Assembly: GCA_965222375.1 (NCBI GenBank)
Contig: CBDCTZ010000015.1
Coordinates: forward strand, 384,001-448,000
Reading direction: 5' to 3'
From: Polyangiaceae bacterium
GTDB lineage: Bacteria; Myxococcota_A; Polyangia; Polyangiales; Polyangiaceae
DNA: 64,000 nucleotides
Under the pieces are notes generated by a model, which was given only the letters and a program-made list of their open reading frames with translations, was not told the DNA's origin and did not search any database. Of the stretch, positions 10,143 through 19,938 are shown one piece after another; within the stretch, counting starts at the first letter, position 1, and each line of letters opens with the position of its first letter. The translations under genes and the position numbers were made by a program.

Positions 10143-11129
10143 TCATTTCGGCCCGGGCGGACGCGGAGCTGCGCAGCCCCAGGCGTCGACCTTCAGGGTG
10201 AGAGTCCGTGAAGGAACGCCGCTCTTGTGGTGATCCACGGTCCAGGTCTTGCCATTCGTCAGCTCGTAGAAGGCGTTGGCGCTGATGGTCTGTTGCACAT
10301 CCATCCACACGGTGTCCCCCACCTTGTTGATCGCAGAGCTGGCCGCGCCCGTGGCAGCACCCGCACCCAGGATGACCCAGCCGTAAGGCGTCGTAGACAG
10401 CGCGCCGCCGACGGCCACGAGGCCATCTCCGATTGCTTTCACGACGGCCTTCGTACCTTCCGGATTGGTGGCGTGGAAGCAGCGGTAGTTGATGCTGAGG
10501 TTGCTCGTGGAACGCACCAGATCTTGTGCGCCCCAGAAGGCGCCCTCGGCTAGCGGGAAGTTGATCGTGAAGTCCTTGCCGGTGACCTTTCGGGCGGCGC
10601 TCACGACGAGCTCCGTGCGGGCACCGTCCTCGGCGACGATGACGCAGTACACGTTCTTCGATGTCTGAATCGCGTCGTGGCGCTCGATCCGGAGTTCGCG
10701 GATCCGCAAACGGAGCTGAGGGTCGAGGCAGTCGTGTTCGCCGGGGGAGAATTTGCTTCCGCAGCTATAGCTGGACCGCTTGTTTCCGCTGCATTCCGCA
10801 AGCGGCTTGGTCGAATCTGGGACCGCGAGGGCACCGGTACAGGTTGGCGCGAGATCGCAAACTGGACACTCGCCGCAATCCGTAGCGCAATTCTCGCAGG
10901 TCTCTTCTGGCGAATCGCAGACCAAGTCGTTGCAGGTGGCGAGGGTATCTGGAGCATCGGGGATGACGATGGCATCGGGGCCCGCGTCGCTGCTGGTTCC
11001 GCCTGCGCCGGCCACGCCCGCTGCTCCGGCGGCTGCCCCACCCGGTGGCGACTCATCGGTAGCCGCAGCACAGCAAATCACCAACCAACCCAGTCCCAGG
11101 AGCGTCATACGTTGCAAGATCATCTTCAT
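10143..11129 (-). CDS. Hypothetical exported protein with Gly linker and Cys-rich region
   Basis: Signal-like N-terminus, CNDLVC..ETCENCATDCGEC motif, C-terminal hydrophobic hairpin; start uncertain. Confidence 0.65.
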   Translation of the reverse strand: MKMILQRMTLLGLGWLVICCAAATDESPPGGAAAGAAGVAGAGGTSSDAGPDAIVIPDAPDTLATCNDLVCDSPEETCENCATDCGECPVCDLAPTCTGALAVPDSTKPLAECSGNKRSSYSCGSKFSPGEHDCLDPQLRLRIRELRIERHDAIQTSKNVYCVIVAEDGARTELVVSAARKVTGKDFTINFPLAEGAFWGAQDLVRSTSNLSINYRCFHATNPEGTKAVVKAIGDGLVAVGGALSTTPYGWVILGAGAATGAASSAINKVGDTVWMDVQQTISANAFYELTNGKTWTVDHHKSGVPSRTLTLKVDAWGCAAPRPPGPK

Positions 11130-11317
11130 GAAGAACATTCTGACGGTGGAATCTCGCCTCTCGCACTCGCGCCAGACCGGCACCTAAACGAATGTATTTA
11201 TTGAGCAATTTGTCGCTCGCAGGCAACGTGCTCGCGGCCGGGTTGGGTCGCCGAGGATCTTTTCGCGCAACTGATCCGCCGAGCCACCGAAAGGGATACA
11301 TCGCTCGGAGGAACATC

Positions 11318-11875
11318 ATGCGCACTCTCGTCTCGACTTCGTTTTTCAGCTTCTTGGCTCTCACCAGCTTCGCCCTGGGTGGCTGCAGCGTCGCCACCGA
11401 CGCGGAGAGCACGGCCGACACGCCCACAGAGTCGATGGCAAATACTCCCGCCGATCCAGCAGCGGACATGCCCGCCGAGTCCGCTGTGGGCAGCATAGCA
11501 ATCGATACGCTGGCATCCGGGATCGGACAAGCCTGCAGCCAGGACGCGGATTGCGAAAGCGGTAGCTGCGCCGACGGCGTTTGCTGCGCCACCGCCTGCA
11601 ACGGCGAATGCGAGGCCTGCAACGTTCCCGGACAGGTTGGAACCTGCACCCCACACGCAGCAGGCACCGACCCGGAAGGCGAATGCGCCACGCCTGCGTG
11701 TTACGATGGAATGCAAGAGAGCTTCGCCTGCAATGGCGCCAGCTCTTGCGAAGTCACGATTGTTCAGTGCGGCAACTACGCCTGCGGCGAAAACGCCTGC
11801 AACACCGATTGCCAGAGCGATGCGGACTGCGCGGACGGCGCATACTGCTCCGCAGGCAGTTGCGTCAGCGCGTGA
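11318..11875 (+). CDS. Cys-rich (disulfide-repeat) lipoprotein
   Basis: GGAGG before ATG, lipobox LGGC, CxxDADCxSGxCxDGVCC motifs. Confidence 0.8.
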   Translation: MRTLVSTSFFSFLALTSFALGGCSVATDAESTADTPTESMANTPADPAADMPAESAVGSIAIDTLASGIGQACSQDADCESGSCADGVCCATACNGECEACNVPGQVGTCTPHAAGTDPEGECATPACYDGMQESFACNGASSCEVTIVQCGNYACGENACNTDCQSDADCADGAYCSAGSCVSA

Positions 11876-12567
11876 GCCGACTCTGGGCGCGCGGGTGGCG
11901 CAGTTCAAGTCGGCGTCGGGTCGCCGGGAGTAGGCAGCGAGTGCTGCCCGCTCCTCCTGCCACGATGGTTCAGCGGGGATCTTGAATAGCGCCACAAGCG
12001 CCGCACCGCGAATGCGTCAGCCATGTGGTTGACTCAGTCCTCGCGGAGGCTCAGCCTAGTTCACACCGTCACGATCGCGAAGGGCGTTTGCCGCGAGAGG
12101 CTGACCATCGCGGGAGGCAGTCCGGGATTGCCCATTACGATCCGCTCATTGGTTCCCCACGAGGCGGTTTTGGACGGAGCACGGAATAGGTTGGCAGCGC
12201 CGGCGCGGGAGGAGGAGGACGCGTTGGCGCTGCCGACTCTAGGGCTGGCGGGCGCTGGCGGAGGTACCGCCGGTGGCAGCGGATGTTCGAGCGTCAACGG
12301 CGGGTCATAGGCGAGCGACAGCGAGTCCAGGTGTGGCCGGCGGGCGGCGTACGGGGGATCCACTTCGCCAACGGGCTGGCGTTGCTGCTTCTTGGATTGC
12401 TGACGTTGCGCAGACGTCGCGGTGGCAGTCCCGTGTGAGCAAGCATAGGTAACGAGAGGCACAGGGCAGCGCGGCAGCGGCCGGCAATCCGCCCGAGTAC
12501 ATGGCCGTGGCAGGGAGCACCCCGGCTGTTTGACCAGTTGTTTCGTCGTGATAGCCTCAAGCCTTCC

Positions 12568-12830
12568 ATGAGTCGTGGACTCGTACCTTGGATTGCTTTC
12601 CTCGCTCTGAGTTGCGGGTTCCCTGAGAAAAACTTCGTCGCCCCTGCTGGCGTCGCACCGACAGCTCACTGCAAAGGCAGCAGCCGAGCAGCTTGGTATC
12701 CCCTTGCGCACTGCACAAAGGGCGCTGCAGAAACTGTGTGATGTCGGACTGCGCGACGTCGAGCAAGAAGGGCGCAGGTTGTTGTATCATCTGGAAGACA
12801 CCACGTTCTCCGAGCCGACACGACGCCTGG
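12568..12830 (+). pseudogene. Possible degraded Cys-rich lipoprotein gene
   Basis: MSRGLVPWIAFLALSCGFPE lipobox then stop at 12741; Cys-rich text continues in another frame. Confidence 0.3.
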
Positions 12831-13240
12831 TGCGTGACGAAGACAGCCGCAAGGGTGCCCCCTTGCCGCGGGACGAGTGAGCGGACGAGCACCAACTCGT
12901 GGCCCGGTCAGTCGGACACGGCGCCTCCAGGTGTGAGGAGGTGGGTTCTGGGTCGCATTTCGCATTCGCGACCTTGGCTTCCATGCGCTCAGAGCAGTAG
13001 TAGGCCGTGCCGGTGATGACGGCGGTCGTCGTTTCCTGGGCTCGCCTAAGCAACCGCTGGGCCGGCCCGCACATCCGCTATTTCTGACGCGGACATGGGC
13101 GGTTGGTGGGACTCGAAGTCACTTGGCGCTGGTCGACTTGTGAACACTGGGCCGTGGCGCGCCCACCACGGTGGGATTCGAGCGCTCTTTTCCGTTCGAA
13201 ACTTCGCTGTTGAAGCCACCCATTGGGATACTCTTCGCCG

Positions 13241-13873
13241 GTGCCGACAAGACTGCCCGCGATCATTCAAGACTTCCCGATCCACTACCCGATCATGGCT
13301 TCGGTGGTGTTGGTGAGCCTGCTGGCGTTCGCGATCAAGAAGCTCAAGTATGCGCTGATGCTCAATCCCCACCGCGTGAGCCGCGGTGAAGTGCATCGCC
13401 TGCTCACAGCCGGCTGGGTGCACGGGGACTTCTGGCACCTTTTCATCAACTTATTTGTATTCAACGTGTTTGCTGAACGCGCGCTCAAAACCTTTGGTGC
13501 GCCGGTATTCGTCGTGGTCTACGTGAGCGCGGTCGTGGTGGCGTTCATCCCCACCGCAATCCGCCATCGCAAGCAGCCCAAGTACAACTCCTTGGGAGCG
13601 TCCGGCGCCGTCGCAGCCATCATGCTCAGCGCCATCTTGGTGGATCCCACGTTGAAGCTGCGCCTGCTCCTGCTCCCAATCCCGATGCCCGGAATCGTTT
13701 TCGGGCTGCTCTACATTCTGTACAGCGCTTGGCAGTCTCGCGGCTCCCGCGACAACATCAACCATGACGCACACTTCAGCGGCGCCATCTACGGCGCCCT
13801 GGTCACAGTCGTATGGGCGCCTCAACAAGTGGAGCGCACGGTGCGCACCTTGATTCGCATGCTGCCGATCTAG
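13241..13873 (+). CDS. Rhomboid intramembrane serine protease
   Basis: RLLTAGWVHGDFWHLFIN, GASG, HDAHFSG; multiple TM segments. Confidence 0.92.
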   Translation: MPTRLPAIIQDFPIHYPIMASVVLVSLLAFAIKKLKYALMLNPHRVSRGEVHRLLTAGWVHGDFWHLFINLFVFNVFAERALKTFGAPVFVVVYVSAVVVAFIPTAIRHRKQPKYNSLGASGAVAAIMLSAILVDPTLKLRLLLLPIPMPGIVFGLLYILYSAWQSRGSRDNINHDAHFSGAIYGALVTVVWAPQQVERTVRTLIRMLPI

Positions 13874-13956
13874 CGGAGCGTCGGAGTTCGCAAGAGGCGG
13901 ACTGGAAACTCGGCTCGAGGACGCTTGGGGTGCTCGGAGGGAGCACCTCCCGACCA

Positions 13957-14520
13957 TCAACCAACAGCGCTCTTCCGGGCGAACGCCTCTCGCACGGTCT
14001 CGCAAGCTTTGCCGGATAGCCGGTCTTGGGTCACCATCCCTATGGTGAGGTCTTCATCCTCGACGAAAGGTACCCGCAACCCGACAAGCCAATCGCCGGC
14101 GCGCTGAATCGCCAAGATTCGGGATCCACCCGGGCTCATGTGATCCGCTTGGTCGAAAGCGATCAGGAGACGTGCGCCGATCTCTTCTATTTCCTCCTGC
14201 GGTATTCTTCCACGACTCCCCACAATGAGACCTCGGGCATCCACCAGGAACGCGGCATGGGCATCTAAGGAGGCCGTGCACCATTCCAGCAATCGTTCCC
14301 ATCCAGGCGAACCCAGCACCTCCTCGGATTCCGGAATCGCCTGGCCGATCTCGGTTGCCACTTCCACCGGTGACTCCACGCCATACAGTTTCGACGGGAC
14401 GAAGCGTACATAGGATTCTGTAGGCGTGGCATCCGAATCGGCAGCCCGGTGAGAGAGGCGGGCGCTGATCGCGCCGGCATCTTGAAGCTCATAACAGTTC
14501 GCGCCGCGGTCGCTCGACAT
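13957..14520 (-). CDS. Hypothetical protein with roadblock/GAF-like C-terminal domain
   Basis: AAFLVDARGLIVG..EEIGARL pattern; overlaps ParA gene, last gene of operon. Confidence 0.55.
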   Translation of the reverse strand: MSSDRGANCYELQDAGAISARLSHRAADSDATPTESYVRFVPSKLYGVESPVEVATEIGQAIPESEEVLGSPGWERLLEWCTASLDAHAAFLVDARGLIVGSRGRIPQEEIEEIGARLLIAFDQADHMSPGGSRILAIQRAGDWLVGLRVPFVEDEDLTIGMVTQDRLSGKACETVREAFARKSAVG

Positions 14521-15304
14521 TGCGTCCCTCCTCTCCCTCCATTTGGGTCAACATCGTTTGCACCTCGCTTGCAAGCAACTCGAAGCGACGTGCTTCGGGA
14601 CAAGGGCGTCCCCCCAAGTATGCCAAGGGCAGCCCCGCTTCGCTCGCAGTTGAAAAGACGTCTGCGCGAGGGATCACCACGTCCATGACGCCGGCAAGAT
14701 CCCGCCACGCTGCAACGAGTACGTTCAAGGACGCTTCTTTGTGACGCTCTACCATCGTGGGTAGAATGCCGAGGAGCTGCAGCCGCGGATTATCGGTTTG
14801 TTTGACGTGCTCGATGACCCGCAGCATTTGACCAATGGTGCGCAATGCAAGCGGTTCACCTTGAACTGGCAAGAGTACGAAATCACTCACATTGAGCGCA
14901 GCGCGAGAAGGCGCGCCTGTCCCCGAAGGAGTGTCGAGAAGCACGAGATCAAACGAGCCTTCGATGCCTCTGAGGACGCCCTCCAACACTCCAGGTTGCA
15001 GCAGAGCTTGTTCGAACTTGAAGGCATCCACAGCGTCCAACCTTCCGCGGGGCAGCAGAGACAGGCTTGCTAGTTTGGTTTCGAGCACCGCATCTTGCGC
15101 GGGAACCTCCTCCATCAACAGATCGGTCAAACCGGCCAGTGCGGTATCACCTTTGCTCAGAGAGTGCCCGATACCTCCTTGGGGATCGAGATCGACGAGC
15201 AGCGTCCGCTGTCCGCGTTCCGCCAGGGCTAGTGCCAGGTTGAGGCTCACGGTGGTCTTGCCTGTGCCACCCTTTTGGCTCGCGATGGCGATGCGCTTGG
15301 TCAT
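14489..15304 (-). CDS. ParA/Soj family ATPase
   Basis: SQKGGTGKTT, LVDLDPQG, LLDTPSG, LGILPTM. Confidence 0.93.
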   Translation of the reverse strand: MTKRIAIASQKGGTGKTTVSLNLALALAERGQRTLLVDLDPQGGIGHSLSKGDTALAGLTDLLMEEVPAQDAVLETKLASLSLLPRGRLDAVDAFKFEQALLQPGVLEGVLRGIEGSFDLVLLDTPSGTGAPSRAALNVSDFVLLPVQGEPLALRTIGQMLRVIEHVKQTDNPRLQLLGILPTMVERHKEASLNVLVAAWRDLAGVMDVVIPRADVFSTASEAGLPLAYLGGRPCPEARRFELLASEVQTMLTQMEGEEGRNVERPRRELL

Positions 15305-15318
15305 TCTCCTCACCTCCT

Positions 15319-16317
15319 TCATTCTTCACGGTTTCCGTAGCCGAGCTCATGCAAGCGTTGCAGGTTCGCATTCACTAGCGGATGCTCTGGGTCAATACCG
15401 TGCGCAGCCTCAAAGGCCGCCAAAGCGGTCACAAAGTCCTTCGCCAGGAGCGCACTGACGCCGTGGTCTAGTTGACGGTTGAACGCGTCGTCAACGAGGT
15501 ACTCAGCCCCGGGCGACGCTTCTCCAGTCTCCGTTGGAAAAGCGCCCGCGAGGGCGAACTCCTCGTCGCCGAGCAACTCGGGAACGGATGGGCGGACAGG
15601 GCTAGGTCGATCGCCATCCGTTGAAGAGGCGATGTTCGCATCAACCGACTGCTCGTCGAGCATTCGTGCCGTGTCCATTAGCAGCGCTTCAGCCGTACCT
15701 TCGAGCGTCCGTGCGCCAGGTGGGGACGACAAACTCCGACAGTGCGTTCTTGCGCCATGTCGCCAGGCGACCTGAACGAAGGCGTCAACTCCGATCAGAT
15801 CATCGAAGGTTGCGTTCCAAACCTCACCGGAATGCACGGTAATGGTGCCAACCTTGCCGTCCGGCCACTTTGCTTCAATCAAGACGGAGCGACGCCCCAT
15901 GCTGGCGAGCTGCAAGAAGTCTGGGATCGAAAACGGCTCCTCCGTCTCCGATGCCGAGAGCTTGGCACCGATGGCTTGGCGCAAGTCCTCGAGCGCGACA
16001 GGCTTCTCGAGTACTTCGATATTGGCGTGCTTGGGTATCTGCGCACCGTATGCGTTGAGATAGGCGGAAACGTAGATGATTGGAATCACGAGGCCCCGCT
16101 TTCCCAGCTCTCCGAGCAACTCGATTCCGGTACGGCTGGGCAGGTCGATATCTGAAATGACGATGTCGGGCGGCTCGTGGTCAATGATTTCCAAGGCCTG
16201 GTCGAGACTGCCGGCATCGCGAACTTGGAGTTCGCCAGTCTTCGACAGCCCATGCGCGAGGGAAGCTCTGAGCACAGCCTCGTCTTCAATGATCAACACT
16301 CTTGGCATCGCCGTCAC
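15319..16317 (-). CDS. Response regulator: REC + DUF4388/PATAN-like domain + C-terminal TPR-like helix pair
   Basis: LIIEDE, ISDIDLP, LEKP; FSIPDFLQLASMGRRS..GTITVHSGEVWNA..GVDAF..EALLMDTARMLDE. Confidence 0.82.
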   Translation of the reverse strand: MTAMPRVLIIEDEAVLRASLAHGLSKTGELQVRDAGSLDQALEIIDHEPPDIVISDIDLPSRTGIELLGELGKRGLVIPIIYVSAYLNAYGAQIPKHANIEVLEKPVALEDLRQAIGAKLSASETEEPFSIPDFLQLASMGRRSVLIEAKWPDGKVGTITVHSGEVWNATFDDLIGVDAFVQVAWRHGARTHCRSLSSPPGARTLEGTAEALLMDTARMLDEQSVDANIASSTDGDRPSPVRPSVPELLGDEEFALAGAFPTETGEASPGAEYLVDDAFNRQLDHGVSALLAKDFVTALAAFEAAHGIDPEHPLVNANLQRLHELGYGNREE

Positions 16318-17072
16318 CGCGTCGGTAGCTCGTAGCTGTCATCGATCAGGTCGATTCCACACGGAAGGTCGGCGCACCAATCGATGAAGCGGTGGCACAT
16401 TTCCGGACCTTTGAACAACGCACCGTGTTGAGGTGCGATCACCTCGATGTCGAGTCGCTTCACCATGGTGGCCCAGGCACGCATAGCCCGGTTCCCAGTC
16501 ATGTAGCGCTCGTGAAACCCTTGCATGCTAGGCAAGTGCTCATCGAAGTCGGTCACCTCGCGGTAGCCGATGCCCACCGAGGCCCCCAGGTCGCCGCTGT
16601 AGAGGATCTGAGCCGTCGGATCGTAGACCTGGAAGTTCCCAGCCGAATGGAGAAAGTGGGCGGGCAAGATCATAAGCTCCGACCCGCCTAGGTCGAGGAC
16701 CATGCCGTCGTCGTCGATCCCCTTCAGACGGTGCTCTACGAGGTGATCTAGACCGAAATGGGGAATGAACCGCAGCCACAACTTGGAAGCGTAAGCTTCG
16801 GCGTCAGTAGTCATCAGCCAGCCGTTCGCAGCGGCAACGACATCTGGATCTTGGTGGGAAAGGAACAAGTATCGCAGCTGGGCGTGTCCTAGCTGCTCCC
16901 GCGTCTCAGCAAACACTGGCGTAAATACCTTGTGGCCACCAGGGTCGAGGAGGAGCGCTGACTCACCGTGAACGATAAGGTGTTGGTTCGCTTGCACGGC
17001 CTGGTCGCTGCTGAAGTCCTCCAACAGCATATTCTTGTGATTTCCATTATCGAAAAGCGTCAAAGTCGACAT
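16314..17072 (-). CDS. Oxygen-binding di-iron protein (ODP), stand-alone FprA-like MBL fold
   Basis: VQANQHLI, LLDPGG, SHQDPDV, WLRFIPHF, PAHFLHSAGNF, SGDLG, FHERYM, APQHG; no flavodoxin domain. Confidence 0.82.
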   Translation of the reverse strand: MSTLTLFDNGNHKNMLLEDFSSDQAVQANQHLIVHGESALLLDPGGHKVFTPVFAETREQLGHAQLRYLFLSHQDPDVVAAANGWLMTTDAEAYASKLWLRFIPHFGLDHLVEHRLKGIDDDGMVLDLGGSELMILPAHFLHSAGNFQVYDPTAQILYSGDLGASVGIGYREVTDFDEHLPSMQGFHERYMTGNRAMRAWATMVKRLDIEVIAPQHGALFKGPEMCHRFIDWCADLPCGIDLIDDSYELPTR

Positions 17073-17093
17073 CTCCCAGCTCCTTCCTGGCAA

Positions 17094-17459
17094 TCACAGA
17101 ACGTCGTTGATCTCGCGCACGGCGCGGGACATGTCGAGGAACACCAGGCCGAGCTTCGCCTCCCGCGTGGCAAGAACCAAAAGCATGGTCCCTTGCGCGG
17201 CTCGAACCATCACGCTGTACCCACTGTCACCGCGAACCAGCACCTGTTGAAGGTCCCCGCGGCCAAGCTCCACAGCCGCACGGGTCCCCAAGCTGAGCAG
17301 AGTGGAGCTCATTCCTGCCACACGCATCTCCTCGACATGCTGTGGCAGTGCACTGGCAATCATCAGACCATCGTCTGAAATGAGTGCGCTCGCTTCAATA
17401 TCGGGAGTCCCCGATTGCAAAGACCGCAGAACTCTATTCAACTCGTCGACTTTGACCAT
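17094..17459 (-). CDS. Roadblock/LC7 (MglB-like) protein
   Basis: ASALISDDGLMIAS, RVAGMS, ELGRGDLQQVLVRG, AKLGLVFLDM; ~121 aa. Confidence 0.9.
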   Translation of the reverse strand: MVKVDELNRVLRSLQSGTPDIEASALISDDGLMIASALPQHVEEMRVAGMSSTLLSLGTRAAVELGRGDLQQVLVRGDSGYSVMVRAAQGTMLLVLATREAKLGLVFLDMSRAVREINDVL

Positions 17460-18510
17460 TTCTGAACTCCTTGCGGCGCTCCTCGCGTGTCCGCTCAATG
17501 GGGATCTCGACTGAAACTCTCGTCCCGAATCCGGGAACCGAGTCCAAAGCAAGTACTCCCCCAGCCGCTTCAACAGCGCGAGCGCAGAGGGCCAACCCGA
17601 TGCCGCTACCGCTCGCTTTTGTTGTAAAGAACAGATCCGTCGCACGAGCGAGCACCTCCGGCGTCATGCCACTTCCCGTGTCCACAACAACGAGGTTCAG
17701 ACTCTTGTTCTCGTCATCCAGCGTTGCGTGCAGCACCACCGTGTCACCGGCTTCACACGCATGGCGTGCGTTCGTAACGAAGTTAAATACGAGCGCACGC
17801 AACATGGCGGGATCCAGCGGCAGCAGAGGCAGGTCCTTGATGTCATGACGGAAGACCATTCCGGCGTTCCTCAACTGCGGTTCCAGAACTCGGCACGCTT
17901 CGCGCAAAGCGTAGTCGATCGCCGCATCGCGCTCCGCTCGTAAGCGGCCGTGAACGGCCCCGATACCTTCGAAACCGAGCTTCATCCGGCGAACCTCACT
18001 GAGGATCGCGTGCAGCTGATCCATCACGTACCCGGGCTCAACTTCCTCGAGAAGCACTTCGACCGCAGCGGTGACCGCGGCTAGGGGATTCTTCAGTTCA
18101 TGGAGAAGCGACGGCAACGTCTCCCCGATGGCCGCCATGCTCATGAGTTTGTCGCGCTCCTCTTGAAGGCGAGCAACTCCCGAAATGTCCTGGAAGACGA
18201 CTATCGTATCGTCCTTCGTCTTCGACATCGAAAAGCCCACTGTCTTCGAGCGACCATCCCGCAAGGTGACACTGCACTCCCTGCGCAGCTTCGTGTGGTT
18301 CGAACGCCCGGCATCCACAACAGCGTCCAGGCACCCGGGAACGGGTCCGCCCTCGATCTCCGCTCGCCTGAAACCGAAGATGCTAGCGGCGCGCTCGTTG
18401 GCAAAGCGTACCCAACCGTTTCGACTCAGGACAACGACGGCCGTTGGCAGGGCCTCGAGCACGCTTATGGCACCCCGCGGTCGACTCGACTGCTGGGTCG
18501 TGTTGCTCAC
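17434..18510 (-). CDS. Cytoplasmic PAS-domain sensor histidine kinase
   Basis: PAS (LPTAVVV..FANERA..FG), HELKNPL, NFVTNA, DTGSGM, FFTTK, GSGIGL; no TM; GTG start 18510 or 18531. Confidence 0.9.
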   Translation of the reverse strand: MSNTTQQSSRPRGAISVLEALPTAVVVLSRNGWVRFANERAASIFGFRRAEIEGGPVPGCLDAVVDAGRSNHTKLRRECSVTLRDGRSKTVGFSMSKTKDDTIVVFQDISGVARLQEERDKLMSMAAIGETLPSLLHELKNPLAAVTAAVEVLLEEVEPGYVMDQLHAILSEVRRMKLGFEGIGAVHGRLRAERDAAIDYALREACRVLEPQLRNAGMVFRHDIKDLPLLPLDPAMLRALVFNFVTNARHACEAGDTVVLHATLDDENKSLNLVVVDTGSGMTPEVLARATDLFFTTKASGSGIGLALCARAVEAAGGVLALDSVPGFGTRVSVEIPIERTREERRKEFRNGQSRRVE

Positions 18511-18634
18511 TTCGTTAGCCTCATTTGCCACGGGACCGACAAGGCCTCCTTTCAGCGATGGGTGCGCGCATGTGGGCGCCGCTTGCGGCGCCCACGGCGA
18601 CGTGGGAGGTACCGAGGGTTGCGGCAGGTGCAAA

Positions 18635-18650
18635 CGCAATTCGCATACCG
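18635..18650 (-). promoter_or_regulatory. Candidate sigma-54 promoter of the kinase/ODP operon
   Basis: CGGTATG-CGAA-TTGCG on - strand, GG-N10-GC spacing. Confidence 0.45.
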
Positions 18651-18880
18651 CTGAGGCGTTGCATCCGCGTCGCGCCTCCGGGCTCAGCGCCCAAGACCAG
18701 ATGTGTACCCATCGGGTCCAGTCAGTGTGCGCAGAACGACCAATGGCGCCGTCGGGTGCTCCGCCGGCCGCGCATCTTTGGCGGGCTATTTTTGGATGTT
18801 CGCGAGAATTTCGCAGTACTCGAGCCCATCCGACTGTACCCAAAAGGGACAGTGCGGAAGTTCGACGGATGCGTGAACCG

Positions 18881-18896
18881 TGGCGCGTGACTTGCA
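18881..18896 (+). promoter_or_regulatory. Candidate sigma-54 promoter of the degenerate EBP gene
   Basis: TGGCGCG-TGAC-TTGCA, close to TGGCACG-N4-TTGCW. Confidence 0.6.
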
Positions 18897-18984
18897 ACGG
18901 TTTGGGGGTTTTATGGCGCGCCCCCTCCCCCTTTTCGTGCCACTAGCCGATACCCAATCGAATCGAAGTTGTACCCGCTCTAGT

Positions 18985-19938
18985 GTGCAACTCGAAGAAG
19001 CGTCCCAACATCGCTACTTGGCGGGCAACAGCCCCGCGATGAAGCGTATCCGCGACGCCGTCGATAGGGCTGCGCGGGGACCACGCGCCATTTTGATCAC
19101 CGGCGAGGTTGGCGTCGGAAAAGAAGCCGTAGCTCGCGCGATTCATCAAGCTGCAGGCGTCACCCGGGGTCGATTCGTCTCCGTCAATTGCGCGGCCTTG
19201 CCGGGCCATCTGGTCGAGAGTGAGCTATTTGGGCACGTCTCGGATGCCGGATGTGACACGCCCGGACTGTTCCATGCTGCAAACGGCGGCACGCTATTTA
19301 TCGACGCACTCAATGAAATGACCCCTGAGGTCCAAGCCCTCCTCTTGAACGTCATCGAGACGGGGACGGTGCGCCCGAGGGGCAGCCAGACGGAAACTCG
19401 AGTCGATGTTGTCGTAATTGGCGCGGCAGCTAGCAATCTCTTGCAAGCAGTTAACGACGGGACCTTCCGCAGAGACCTACTGAATCATTTCGAACGGTGC
19501 ACCATCGCCACTCCTCCCCTTCGTGAACGGCGAGAGGACATTCCACGGTTGGTGGAACACTTCCTGGACACTTTCTGCAATCGACGATGTGGTTGTATCT
19601 GGGGGGTATCACAGGCCGTTTTGGATGTGCTGAAAACGTACGACTGGCCGGGCAACGTGCGTGAACTGAGGGCTGCCATTGAGTTCGCTGTTTCCAACGG
19701 TGAAAGCGCTCTAATCCGTGTGCGGGATCTTCCCGCGCACTTCCACAGCCTGGCAGCCTCGGAGTCGGATGTCAGCAAACTGGACGAAGACGTCTTTCCC
19801 ACGCTGGTGCAAGCCGAGGAGCGACTGATCCGTGCAACCCTCGACCACTTTCGAGGCAACAAGGCACGCGCCGCACGCTCGTTGGGAATCTCACGCCACA
19901 AACTGTATGAGCGATTGCGGCGACTGGGGCTACACTAG
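18985..19938 (+). CDS. Degenerate sigma-54 activator-like protein (AAA+ + Fis HTH, no sensor domain, no GAFTGA)
   Basis: GEVGVGKE, VNCAALP..ESELFGH, GGTLFIDAL, WPGNVREL, GNKARAARSLGISR; start uncertain (18985 or 19039). Confidence 0.85.
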   Translation: MQLEEASQHRYLAGNSPAMKRIRDAVDRAARGPRAILITGEVGVGKEAVARAIHQAAGVTRGRFVSVNCAALPGHLVESELFGHVSDAGCDTPGLFHAANGGTLFIDALNEMTPEVQALLLNVIETGTVRPRGSQTETRVDVVVIGAAASNLLQAVNDGTFRRDLLNHFERCTIATPPLRERREDIPRLVEHFLDTFCNRRCGCIWGVSQAVLDVLKTYDWPGNVRELRAAIEFAVSNGESALIRVRDLPAHFHSLAASESDVSKLDEDVFPTLVQAEERLIRATLDHFRGNKARAARSLGISRHKLYERLRRLGLH

